Source of the DNA: Calcarisporiella thermophila CBS 279.70 | Lineage: Eukaryota; Fungi; Calcarisporiellomycota | Direction of reading: 5' to 3' | NCBI RefSeq assembly: GCF_041956535.1 | Contig: NW_027192200.1 | Coordinates: forward strand, 709,118 to 761,748 | DNA length: 52,631 nucleotides | Part shown: positions 25,901-37,481 of the stretch, piece by piece | Numbering within the stretch: the first letter of the stretch is position 1 | Layout: each line of letters starts with the position of its first letter | Position numbers and translations under genes: made by a program | The notes under the pieces: generated by a model | The model's input: the letters and a program-made list of their open reading frames with translations, nothing else | The model's database searches: none | Told to the model about the DNA's origin: nothing

Positions 25901-28079
25901 TTCTCTGCCCTCCAAACCAAATTGTACCAGCAAATGAAAAAGCACGGGATGTTTTTCATGAAGAGCGAAAAGGGGTAAATCTCGAAACACTCTTATTGCT
26001 TTATATAGGCCGCGTATTAAAATGTATTTTTTTTTCCCGATTCTGCCACCCTTTCCAGCCGAACGGGGGTCAAAGGGCTTAACAACACCATCATGCAGCT
26101 GCGTAAAATTTGCAACCACCCATTCGTGTTTGACGACGTGGAAAACGCGGTCAACCCGACTCGCCTGAGTAACGCGCTCCTCTATCGAGTGTCGGGCAAA
26201 TTCGAGCTTCTAGATAGAATATTGCCCAAGTTAAAAGCCACAGGGCATCGGGTGAGTGGAACTTTTTTGCGCTTAGAGATAAGGGCTGGAAACCATGGTG
26301 CTATGACTATTTTTGTTCACAGGTTCTGATTTTCTTCCAAATGACCCAAATCATGACGATCATGGAGGACTACCTCAATTGGAAAGGGATGCGCTACCTC
26401 CGGCTAGACGGCTCCACCAAGGCGGAGGATCGGTCCGGCCTCCTCAAGCTCTTCAATGCCCCCGACTCGGACTACTTCATCTTCCTCCTTAGTACGCGTG
26501 CGGGAGGGCTGGGCCTCAACCTGCAAACGGCGGACACCGTGATCATTTTTGACTCGGATTGGAATCCGCATCAAGACTTGCAGGCTCAGGATCGCGCGCA
26601 CCGTATCGGGCAGACCAAGGAGGTGAGGATTCTGAGGCTGATCACGGAGAAGAGTGTGGAAGAAACCATCTTAGCCCGAGCACAGTACAAGCTGGACTTG
26701 GACGGAAAGGTCATCCAGGCGGGGAAATTCGACAACAAGAGTACCGCGGAGGAGCGCGAGGCTTTCCTGGTTTGTGTCTAATGTCACCAACTCCTACTCC
26801 TGTTTACTCATCCCTGCTTACACGCTCTTGTGCTGTTCAATGTATCTAGAGATCCCTGCTGGAGGCGGATGGGGAGGACAATCAGGATTTCGAGGAGGAT
26901 CTGACGGACGAAGATATCAACGACATAGTGGCACGGAACGATGAGGAGGTAGATGTGTTCCGTCGCATTGATGCCGAGCGCCGAGAGGAAGAGGAGCGAT
27001 TCGGCCGAGAGCAGGGAAGAAAATATGAGCGGCTGATACAGGACGACGAGCTGCCCGAGGTGTTACGGGGCGAGGTGGAGGATCATGTGGGCGACAAGGA
27101 TCTCGCGCAGGAGCTGGGGCGCGGGCAAAGAGCAAGGGGAGAGGTGCGCTATGATGATGGGCTGACGGAACGGCAGTTTTTGAAGGTGAGAGCTCCGGAA
27201 ACATAGCATCCTAATGGTTAGGGTGATTGACTCTAACTGGCTGGTATTAGGCCGTGGAGAACGAAAATCTCGAGTTTGATGCCGCCGTCTCACAGGTGAT
27301 GGAGCGCAAGCGCAAGCGCCAAGAGAGCGTAAAGCGAGTGCGTATCCACACCTCTGTCGATTCCATCACCTCCACCCCTTCACCCACCACCACCTCCGAT
27401 CATCCCTCCGCATCCCTAGGCGTCACGCCGAGCTCCACCGATGACGCGACCTATAATTCGCCCACCCCCGTCTCCTATGTAGCGCCTCAGACGAAGAAGC
27501 GCGGAAGGAAGCCGAAAGAGGAGCGGGCTGATGCTTACCAGAAGCTCTCGAAGCGGCAGAAAAAGAGCGAAAAACCGGCCATGACGGGACCGGACCCACT
27601 AAGTCCGGACCTCCGCGAGAGAATGACCCAGCTCTTCGAGGCCTGTTACCGAGCGGTGCTGGACTGCCGGGCCGAAGGGTAACTATGCACTCCGTTTCAC
27701 TGCTTTACACTCTGTGCTCACAAGTTTTCGGCTCTCCTTGTTTAGGGGTCGAAAGCGGAGCGATCTTTTCCTCGAGCTCCCCTCCCGCGTCGACTACCCC
27801 TCCTACTACCATATCATTCGCGAGCCCATCGCGATGGACACCATCTGGCGGCGCATCCATACACCCTATTACCGCAGCGTGGAGGAGTTTTGTGGCGATT
27901 TCCGACGGATGTTCGAGAACGCCCGCACCTTTAACCAGGAGGGGTCGTGGGTGTACGTGGATGCGGTGGAGATGGAGCGGGTGTTCGACCGGAGATTGCG
28001 CGAGCTAAGCGAGGGAATTCCCGGAGAGGAGGGCGAAGCGGGCCTCGACGGAGATGAGGAGGAGTATTCCGACTATTAA
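22939..28079 (+). CDS. SNF2: SWI/SNF-RSC chromatin-remodelling ATPase (QLQ, HSA, SNF2 helicase, SnAC, bromodomain); interrupted by an assembly gap
   Basis: [19 protein letters not shown] (QLQ), [73 protein letters not shown], bromodomain [17 protein letters not shown]...[18 protein letters not shown]2 versus STH1 orthology is not resolvable by eye. Confidence 0.95.
24707..25223. other. Assembly gap (517 N)
   Basis: Run of n. Confidence 1.
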
Positions 28080-28474
28080 TCCCTGGTCGGGAGTCGATTC
28101 CGCTTTGCATTGCAAGTCCACTGTTTTAATATATATATTTAGACACTTTTGGGTAATAAACGATTTTCATGTATTTCCTCGGATCACTTTTCCGTAAAAA
28201 AACCAAAAAAAAACGAAAAAGGAAACTGGTGGTTGCGTGGGGTGGAGAAGAAGCATGTGTGTGAATGAAAAATGGATCACTGGCAAATGGAAGAGGTCTA
28301 ATGAGAAGGGGAGGAAAGAAGGAAATAAAGTAAAAAAAAAGTCGGTTCAACCAGAGGAACCCGAGGAATAATACAAAACATTAAAAAAGAGGAATAAGCG
28401 AAATAGATCATGGAAGAGATAATAAATATTAAATAGGATAAATAAAGGTGATAAAAAACAAGCGAAAAGTGCAA

Positions 28475-30560
28475 TTATATCTCAGCCTTGGCCTCCAACG
28501 CCTCCTTGGACAAGGGACGATACCGGATAAAGATCACAAACACGGCGGCAATTCCCCACATGATCAGCACTCCGCGGAAGACCCACTGGAGCGCGCCGAT
28601 GTAGGCCTGGAGCACGCGCGCTTGGACGTCGGGGGGGAGAGAGGCCACGTAGGACAGATTGTTCTTGACGGCTTCGATGGAGAGGTTTGGAATCTCGGCG
28701 AGCGAGGTGGTGATTTGATTGTTGATGAGGGCCCCGCCGATGGCAATACCGAAGGACATACCCCTAGAGAGAGATAACCATGGCATGATTAGAATACGTG
28801 CCAGGAGAAGAGTAGAGTAAAGAGAAGCAACTTACAGAGTTCGGAAGAACATGCCAGAGGAGGTGGCAACGGGAATACTATTCGGGGAGGGGAGGAGAGA
28901 GGAAAGACGAGGTTAGCGCTGGCACAGCCCAGCTAGGGTCCAAAGTTGCACACTTACTCTTTGGGTTCGACTGCAATTTGGGTGGCAAGGAGCAGGTTCT
29001 GCACCTCGAAGCCGAGCCCGAAGCCCACGATGACGGTGTAGCCGATCTGCATCGCATCGCTCGTGTGCTCGTTGAAAGTCGTGACGAGTCCGGCGCCAAG
29101 GAGCATGAATACAAAGCCAGCCCAGATGAAGGGGCGCAGCTTCTTGGTGTAGCTGACGGCGAAGCCGCAGATGATGTTGACGGCGATCAGGACGAGCGAG
29201 AGCGGGAGAGTCTTCAGACCAGAGCCGGTGGCCGATGCGCCGAGCAGCTGGAAGTAGAGCGAGTACTACGCAAGAGGGCAGCCGGTGAGTGAGCGAAACC
29301 GGGAAACGACAGGGCCAACACACTTACATAGAAGAAGCCCAGGAAGAAGCCGATTCCAAAGAAGAAGTTCACCACAGACAGGACGACGTAGTCCCTGTTC
29401 TTGAAGAGCCGCAGCGGGAGCACGGGCTCCGCGGCGAACTTCCACTCCACAAACACAAACACTCCGATCAGCAGGACACCGACGATGAACAGCACGATGA
29501 CGACGGGCGAGTTCCACGCGAACTCATTGCCGCCGAAGCTGATGGCGAGCATCAGGCACACGGTGAGGGCGATGATGGCGAGCGAGCCGAGGAAGTCGAT
29601 GCGCTTGAACTTGGAGAGCAGCGAGCCCTTGGGGCTTGGCAGCCGGAGCGTGAAAAAGATCATGAGCAGCGCTACCGCTCCGATGGGAAGGTTCACGTAG
29701 AAGCACCAGCGCCAGCTGAGTCTGTCGGTGAACACGCCCCCCAGCAGCGGGCCAATGATGGAGGCGACGGTGAACGCGGCCCCAATCAGGCCCTGGTACT
29801 TGCCCTGTTCCTCGGGAGTGGTGATGTCTGGGAAACACAAAAGGGGATTTAGTATGTGGGTTTCCTTATTTGGAAGGTCGTGCATGCAAAGCGTTACCGG
29901 CCAAGATAATGAGGGCGAGGCCGAAAAGCCCTCCGCCGCCGATGCCCTGGATGGCGCGGAAGATGATGAGCATGATCATGCTATTGGCGGCGCCACAAAC
30001 GGCGCTTGCGGCAAGGAAGACGACGACGCAGAACAGAAAGGTCGGCTTGCGCCCGAAGATGTCGGAGAGTGAGCCGTAGAGCGGCTGGAAGGCGGTGAAG
30101 GTGATTTGGAAGGCCGTTCCGACTAACAAGGGGAGCGAAGAGGTTAGTGGAAATGAAGCGCAAATGAAAAGGGGCTCTCGTCATTACCCCAGGCGTATAG
30201 CGACAGGGCATCAAACCTAACAGAATGAGACAATTAGCATTCCCATGACTTGCATGAGAGAAGGAGGGAGAGGGGTACGTACTCAGAGGCAAGGCGGGGC
30301 AGAGCCGTGGTCACGATAGTCTGGTCGAGGGCGGCAAGCAGCACGGAGAGACACAAACTGGCGCAAATGAGGATGACGATTTTGGTGGGAAGTTTGGTTT
30401 GCGATGGCAGCGGGGGTTTCTCGGCCTCCTCTTTGGAAAGGCTCTTTTCCAGGTCGGCGCCAGCGACCGCGTCGGGATAGCTGTTGGAGGTGACGGTCTG
30501 CTCGTCCTCCTCGGTCCCAGTGAGTTTGGGGTCGGCGGGATGCTTCGGCGAGGGTGACAT
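28475..30560 (-). CDS. MFS drug:H+ antiporter (DHA2, 14-TMS type), multi-exon including a ~29-nt micro-exon
   Basis: LAALDQTIVTTALP, FQPLYGSLSDIFGRK, FRAIQGIGGGG, ASIIGPLLGGVFTDRLSWRWCFYVNLPIG. Micro-exon FDALSLYAW at ~30188-30216. Confidence 0.93.
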
Positions 30561-31826
30561 TGGGATGGGGTGGGTTGGAATGCTGAGAGGTTTTTGGGCG
30601 GGAGTGCGGGATCGATCAATTTATAGGGTTTCCTTTCAAGCTCCTCTCCCTCGGCTTAACTCATCCCTGCTGTCAGATCCTCGGTGCTACACAATGAATC
30701 ATTCTGAACAGCGTGTTTTGTTTGAACCAAACCAAGTCCCTTTCCTCCCCCACCCCGGCTTGTGGCTTTGGCCAGCGCATGGATCCCAGTGTGGAGTGGC
30801 CGACCAGGCCGTGGAAGCTCAATTGCGCCCATATCGCAAATTCTTAGCAACAATGCCATAAGGCGATACATTATTAAGAGCCTTATTAATCTTGGCCAGG
30901 CTGGTCGCTTCCTTCCGTTGTCCTACCCTGTATCGACAAACTCAGACCACTTTCAGAATTTATCCGACCGCCTCGGCCTTTGCCAACCCGACGTGGGATA
31001 TCTCTCCCTCTTTCGATCCTCATCTGACTCATTTCTTGAAGCTCATTGGGCCGCCCTCCGCATATCCCCCGGATTGGAATTGCCCCCTTCCGTCAGGTCA
31101 TATAAGGGAACAACCAGGCACGGTTTTCTCCGGTCCATGTTTACCCGGCCAATCCGGAGCAAGGCCCATACTATTTACCCTGCTCAACCTAGGTTTGCTA
31201 GCCGAGAAGTTTCTAGGATGATGCACGCGCCGGCGAATGAATATAGAAACTTGTATCTGATTCAGGCAACCATGTGCCTATTCGCCAAGAGGAGCAGCCA
31301 GCCCTCCTCTTCGGGGCGAGGCCTAGACGATCTCTCCATCCTTCTCTACCAGCTTGGTCATCACACTATGTAAATCGAAGCTATCCCATGCCTTTGATTT
31401 ATAATGGGCCCTCGTGGGATACTTTCAATGGTTGGGGATCGCGTGTTGCATAAAACAAAATTAAAATGGGGAAGAAATATTAAAACCCAAAAACAAAAGC
31501 AGGCATAGTAGCTTCTCTTTTTTGGCATATTCCCTATTTTGTATACGCGCGTATTCGCCGTAGAGCATCGCTGTTAGGACTTCTAAAAGCAAGTCAATAA
31601 CGGTCCATACCTTAGATTCTACAATGAGACCGCCAGCCTAGTCAGTTAGGCTCGGTCGAGTAGGTATGGGCTTTCGAGAGAAGGGGATTTGGGGGATTTG
31701 CTCTGCAATATGCAAAAACGAAGAGATAACATCGGAAAAACGTTCATGCTTGACACGCGGTGGATCGACATGAGAAGGGAATGTAAAGCATACGGTTCGC
31801 GCTTAATTCAAAAATATTCCAACGCT

Positions 31827-33394
31827 CTACATCTCCATAGGAGCCTGTACGACCTTCTTCGATAATGGTCGGGATCTGATCAGCAGCGTCAGCCCACCGG
31901 AAATTGACCAAGCAATTAACCCTCCCGAGAAGACCCATTGCAATGCGTTGATGTAGGCCTTAAATACGAGGCCCTGAAGCTTTGGGTGGAGCCTTGTTAT
32001 ATAGGCAAGGTCATTCTTCACGGACTCGATGGAGAGGCCTGGGATGCCAACAAGATGAGAAGCCAAGAGATTGTTGAGCAACGCGCCACCGACAGCTATT
32101 CCAAACGACAAGCCACTGGACATGGGGGCAAGCTTTAGTATATTGCCACATGGACACTGATGGCATAGGGTATGCCTACAGAGTTCTAAAGAACATGCCG
32201 GAGGAGGTAGCAACAGCAATGCTAATTCAATGAAATGCAAAACAATGAGATATAGCAGCAGGCACAAAAATTTGGAAGGAAAGCCTCCGCCCTCTTACTC
32301 TTTCGGCTCCACCGCAATCTGCATCGCCAGCACCGAATTCTGAATTTCGAAGCCGATACCCAACCCGACGATGACGGTGTATCCAATCTGCGTCGCAACT
32401 GTGGTGGTCTCGTTCCAGGTCGTGGTCATGGCTGCCCCGCACAACACGAAGACAAACCCGAACCAGATATAAGGTCACAGGATTTTGGTATAGGGGACAG
32501 CGAATCCACAAGTGATGTTGACGACAATGAGAACCAGGGACATGGGTAGAAACCGGAGCCCAGAATGGGTGGCAGAGGCACCAAGAAGTTGAAAGTAGAA
32601 CGAGTACTAGAGGTGAAAGTCAAGAGTCAGTATATAATGAGCGAGATATTCCGCCAATACGATGGCCCATGGTTACATAGAAAAACCCCATGAAAAATTC
32701 AAGCCCGAAGAAGTTAACGACCGAGAGGATGGCAAAGTCCGCGTCTCTGAAAAGCCGCAGAGAGAGCACGGGCTCCGCTGCAAGCTTGCTTTCAATCAAA
32801 TAAAAGACCCCGAACAGCGAGAGTCCAGCCACGAAAAGCGCAATGACTACGGGCGAGTTCCATTGGAACTCGTTGCCCCCAAAGCTGATGCCAAGCAATA
32901 AACAAACGGTAAGGGCTATGATGACGACCAAGCCCATAATATCAATTCGTTTCAGCTTGGATGTTAGAGAGCCAGTTGGGGCAGGGAGGCGAAGGACCAA
33001 GATGATCATGAGGATGGCGACGATGCCAATGGGCAGGTTCACGTAGAAGCACCACCGCCACGAGAGTTTATCCGTGAACACTCCCCCGAGAAGCGGACCT
33101 ATGATGGAGGCAACCGTAAAGGCAGCACCAAGCAATCCCTGGTATTTGCTTAATTCCTCGGGAGTAATTATATCTGATAGAAACAAAGAGTATGGGAAAA
33201 AGTGAATGATGCTGTGAGCGCATCGCAAGATATCTTGATTACCAGACAAGATAATCAAAGCGAGGCCAAATAGCCCCCCTCCACCGATGCCTTGGATCGC
33301 ACGAAACATGATAAGCGCCACCATGCTCTTAATCGCTCTGCAAAGCGCGCTGGCAACGAGAAAAACAACGACGCAAAAGAGAAAAGTGGTTTTT
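31827..33394 (-). pseudogene. 5'-truncated tandem duplicate of the DHA2 MFS transporter
   Basis: Colinear with 28475-30060, with the same introns. In-frame TGA at 32475-32477 (YTKIL*PYIW versus YTKKLRPFIW in the intact copy). Homology stops at KTTFLFC, where DIRS sequence begins. Confidence 0.88.
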
Positions 33395-34748
33395 GACAGC
33401 ATGGCGCATCTCAGGGAAGAATTGCGTTGGCAAGGCTTATCCTTAGAGGCGCAAAATGTCATACTAAAGGAGCATGAGAAGGCGGGGAGGCGCAAGAGCT
33501 ACTCTTCAGCACAGAGGAAGTAGTTAGCATGGTGTAAAGCAAATGACGTCCCCCCTTTCCTTACCCTCGCCGCGGCAATCGCTAATTTCCTCGCGAACCA
33601 ATATTCACAAGAAAAATAGGCGGACTTCTGCCATTTATATCGCTCAGCTATAGGGGAGCCGCAGACAATCCATCCATTCCATCTTGATTCACCCGTCGCT
33701 AGGTTCCTCAAGGGGGTAAACGGATTGGCTTCCCCAATGAACCTGGCGGAAGACCGTATCGATATCACAATTCTGGAACACCTCAGGGGAACACCCAACA
33801 ACGAGCTATCCTTACGCAATCTTACTCACAAGCTGGCATGTCTCTTGGCGGTATTCACCTTCTCTAGAGTATCCGATCCAACACGCATATATCTCAAGTC
33901 GATTACGGTTGTGGAAAGAGAGGATATTGGCACCAAAAGAAACGAGGAGGAAATGTCGCATCATAAAGCCTTTTCACGCCCATCGATTCCCGGATCCCAA
34001 CCTCTGCCCGGTAGAGAGTTTCATTGAATGTAGGAGACGCTGGCACGAACAAGGTGAACTGCGACACGGTTCAGAGGTGTTCCTCTGCCCTGGAATTGCT
34101 CGCCCAGCGAGGCCCGCTACTATTTCGCGGCGGATCAAAACGATCTTCGCAATTGCCTCAACCAATGCAAGAGCCCACGACGCTCGTAGGACAGGTGCCA
34201 CCCTCGCTCTAAGAAGCTTCAAAGTAGACAAATTGGTTGCAATAGGGAATTATTCCTCCACTTTTACTTTCGATTATACTACCGCAGGGATAGAGCAGTT
34301 AATGCCAACATCTCGGGCGCACTTCTCTCCTTAGGACTCGAGGAAGCACGCTAGGGCCCTCTGGATCACCGTGAAGTATGGACTGCTGACGTAGTCCGCA
34401 TTCTATTTTAACACTAAACCTAGCGTATGCGACGGCTTAATTTAAATGGAATAGGCAGTCAGTAGTCCATGCTTCACGATCCCACCCCTCATCTTTTTTT
34501 TTAAAAAGCTAATTTTGTTTTTTTTATTTTATTATTTAAGTTTATTATTTTCTCCCCCCCCTTCTTGGGACGGTCGAAGAAACATCTCTTTGGGAAGTTA
34601 AGATTTATAGCAAAATCATGTTTAAACTCGTACGATTTTATATCTTCCTTTTTTCTTATCTCTAGTCTTTATACCAGCTCATTTTATCCAATAAATCGGC
34701 TTCATCATCGTGAAGCAGGGCTGCTGACGTAGTCCGCATTCTATTTTA
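33392..34748 (+). mobile_element. DIRS-type tyrosine-recombinase retrotransposon, degenerate 3' part (pol end, YR, ICR, right terminal repeat)
   Basis: LTAWRISG (pol-end-like) overlaps the YR frame: GLSLEAQNVI..KSYSSAQRK*LAWC, LSLRNLTHKLACLLA, LCPV, PATISR, AHDARRTGAT (HxxR). Contains stops and frameshifts. Inverted-repeat ICR at 34363-34482; terminal repeat at 34666-34748. Confidence 0.85.
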
Positions 34749-34869
34749 TATCTTTCCATTCTCCTTTGTTAAAATGACCATTATCTCAATTTCCGAGCCC
34801 AAATCCCGTATGTTCAAAGATCGAGATGAAATCATCTGATTCTGTTTAATTTTTTAAATAGGGACAGTT

Positions 34870-34981
34870 TGTAGCGAAAGTAATTTGCGAGTTTGGGACT
34901 CCTATTTTTCTCTTTATATTTTTACTATTAATATTATAGTAAACTATAGGAGTCCGAAAGTCGCAAATTTCTTTCGTTACA
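34870..34981. repeat. MITE-like element: 36-bp imperfect inverted repeats around a 40-nt AT-rich spacer
   Basis: tgtagcgaaagtaatttgcgagtttgggactcctat (34870-34905) versus ataggagtccgaaagtcgcaaatttctttcgttaca (34946-34981), 4 mismatches. Confidence 0.75.
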
Positions 34982-35462
34982 CAATTAATGTTTTAGGATC
35001 TTGGTTTTACTTTCGTATTTTATTTTTGTTATTATCTTTATTTATTAATAACATTTTTCTCGACTCATTACACTAGGGATAAGACGAAATGCTAACCAGG
35101 TCCGCCTTTTTATATAAATAATTATTTTCCAATGTTATTCAAACAATACTTGCTTACGTTTCTTTCTGGGCTCTTCCATAATCATTCGTGGTTTTTGTCT
35201 AGTGGCGAAAGACTTTCTGTTTTACATTTTCCGTGTCCTCAGGAGATCTCTAAAAATCTTTTAAAAATACATTCATATTCAATAACATTAGCTCATTAAC
35301 TATAAAAAGACAAGAAAAAATATGAATGAGTATAAGTATGTAAATCAATGCGAATTTGAAAAATGCTTACAATTCATTTTGTACGAAATGTAGTTAATTT
35401 AAAAAATAACCAGGGTAATAGCGAAAGTATCTGGATTAAAAAGCACTTCGATCGCACTAAAA

Positions 35463-36579
35463 TTACATTACCACGAGCAAGGAGCCACAACGAACAGCAC
35501 GCGCTATTGCACATGATAAACATTCCGTCATGTCCATGTGGTAGCTAACCATGCGTCGACTCGCAGCACACAGCGCAGCTAACAAATGTCCACGCGAGTT
35601 CCCATACACAGGTACTACTGCTAACTGTCCCGCCCATGTGTGGAGCGCAAGTGGATGCATCATTTCACAATATTCTGGGACTGGGCTAGTGACTTCATTG
35701 TGGTTACAAGGCTTCCCAACAATGGATGAGAAGCTCTGAATTGGCGCTAGTAATTTCTTACTATGCTTTAGCCCAACCATTACCAAGATGCCTGAACCTG
35801 CCCTGACAAAATATGCACACACTCCATCCGTCTCATCGCTATTATATAGATCTCGTTTGGTTATATTGCGTCCCCGTCCATGAAATACTTCCGGCCAATC
35901 GATATTAGGCTGAACTGTTCCTTCTATACAGAAAATTTTGTCTACACTGGCCACTATAATATGCTCACGTATAGTCCGGGGGTCAAGTTTGATCCACTCA
36001 TGGTCAATATAACCATCTAGATTGTGCACGTTTGGACGGCGCCATATAAAGCCGGTTGCCACTCCACTAGAAATCATCCAACTCCACAGATGGGTTTGTT
36101 GCAGGCTCTGCCGATAGCCCAGCTCTGGGGGAGCATACAAAACGCTCAAGTCTCCTCTTCTCTCAGCCCTTCGTAGCGAATCACAAGTTTGATGGTTTAA
36201 TTTTGCATGGTCTTTCACTTTTAAACCACTGTCGCTTGACAGAAGGTTAATGGCTACTTCTTGAGCAGCTTTAATGCACTCTCCTGTTACAGACATCGAG
36301 CCCCACTGAAGAGCATTTTTTTCTCAACCATGCCTGCTGAAAGCCCTGCAATAAAGGAGGTGCATCTTGGGTGAGACGCTTAACTAAGTATTCCCACGTT
36401 TCGTCATACAAGCCAAGACCTATCTCTGCTATATTCATTGCTGATGACAGATCGGCTTTGCGCCATAGATCGTAGTAGTGAGTCCACCATTCAAAATCGC
36501 GATTATGAGTGCGATTACCAATTACACTGTATTTATAGTCTAAGTCGCTAAAGTATGAAACTGTAGAATTTGATTGCAT
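35463..36579 (-). pseudogene. Intronless orphan gene (~371 aa if a 1-nt frameshift in an A7 run is corrected), C-terminal GNxxG..LAAL...CLSCA motif
   Basis: The 102-aa and 277-aa ORFs overlap. Deleting one base from the T7 run at 36316-36322 gives ...WLRKNALQWGSMSVTGEC... in a single frame. Confidence 0.6.
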
Positions 36580-36736
36580 GATAACTTCATCAAAAAAATC
36601 TTGGTTGCACCCTTATGGATAACAAGGAAATTTTGAAGTTATTAACACAATTTAATTAAATATTAAGCAATATATCTAAACCTCTGAGAAAGATATATAA
36701 AAGGGCGTAGCAATTCAGAGTAGAAGAGAACTAGGA

Positions 36737-36817
36737 GATAGGCTGCGGACTTCGTCAGCAGTCCAGGTTTCACGGCGATGAAGTCGATTTATTGGATAAA
36801 ATGAGCTGGTACAAAGA
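36737..36817 (-). repeat. Inverted copy of the DIRS terminal repeat
   Basis: Reverse complement tctttgtaccagctcattttatccaataaatcgacttcatcgccgtgaaacctggactgctgacgaagtccgca aligns to 34666-34738. Confidence 0.88.
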
Positions 36818-37481
36818 GAAAAGAAAACAATCCACAAACAAACAATAAAGTAAAAAAAAGGCTTTAGCTATAAAATAGATGTTCAAAACTATAGGAAGGA
36901 TTCCCTCAAGATGATATCTCTTTGGTTGTAACAGTTTCTAGGACAGTTAATGGTTCGGATTCTTAATGAATATATGAAAACTGGTCTTATTCAATTGAGA
37001 AAGTGGACAAAGCTGGGCAAAAACAGGCCATGAACATTAAACAGAGATCAAGGAACTTTCCAAGATCTTGGAGAAATCTCTTCCGAAGTCACATCCTATT
37101 AAATGTGAATTTAATTATTCCCTTTTAGTATATTTCAAACCCGATTGATAAAAATAAAATAACTATAATACAAAGATAATATATAACGCCACAATCTTGA
37201 ATTCTATGGTTTACATTGTTTTTATAAATGGTAGAGTCTATATGCTTTCAGAACATTATTCCTGAATATCACCATTATATTAGTTACTATAGGAGTGCAA
37301 AAATTATAATTTCAGGCATATATGCCTTTAAAGACCACTAATACGTTGAGTGCAGCTAACATTATTTGACTATTATTCCTAAAGCTCAGCACAATGTCTT
37401 CTAGTGCCAGAACGACGTGAGTTTGCCAACTGAAGGAATTATGGCAGCAGTAATACTATTATACTATTAGTATCAGCACAG

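Noticed and set aside
30762-31373. 203-aa ORF between the MFS copies
   Set aside because: Non-ATG start and no recognisable motif; overlaps the MFS upstream region; may be decayed element DNA but is unsupported.
34363-34482. Hammerhead ribozyme or CRISPR-like repeat
   Set aside because: No CUGAnGA/GAAA core arrangement and no regular repeat-spacer array; better explained as a DIRS ICR.
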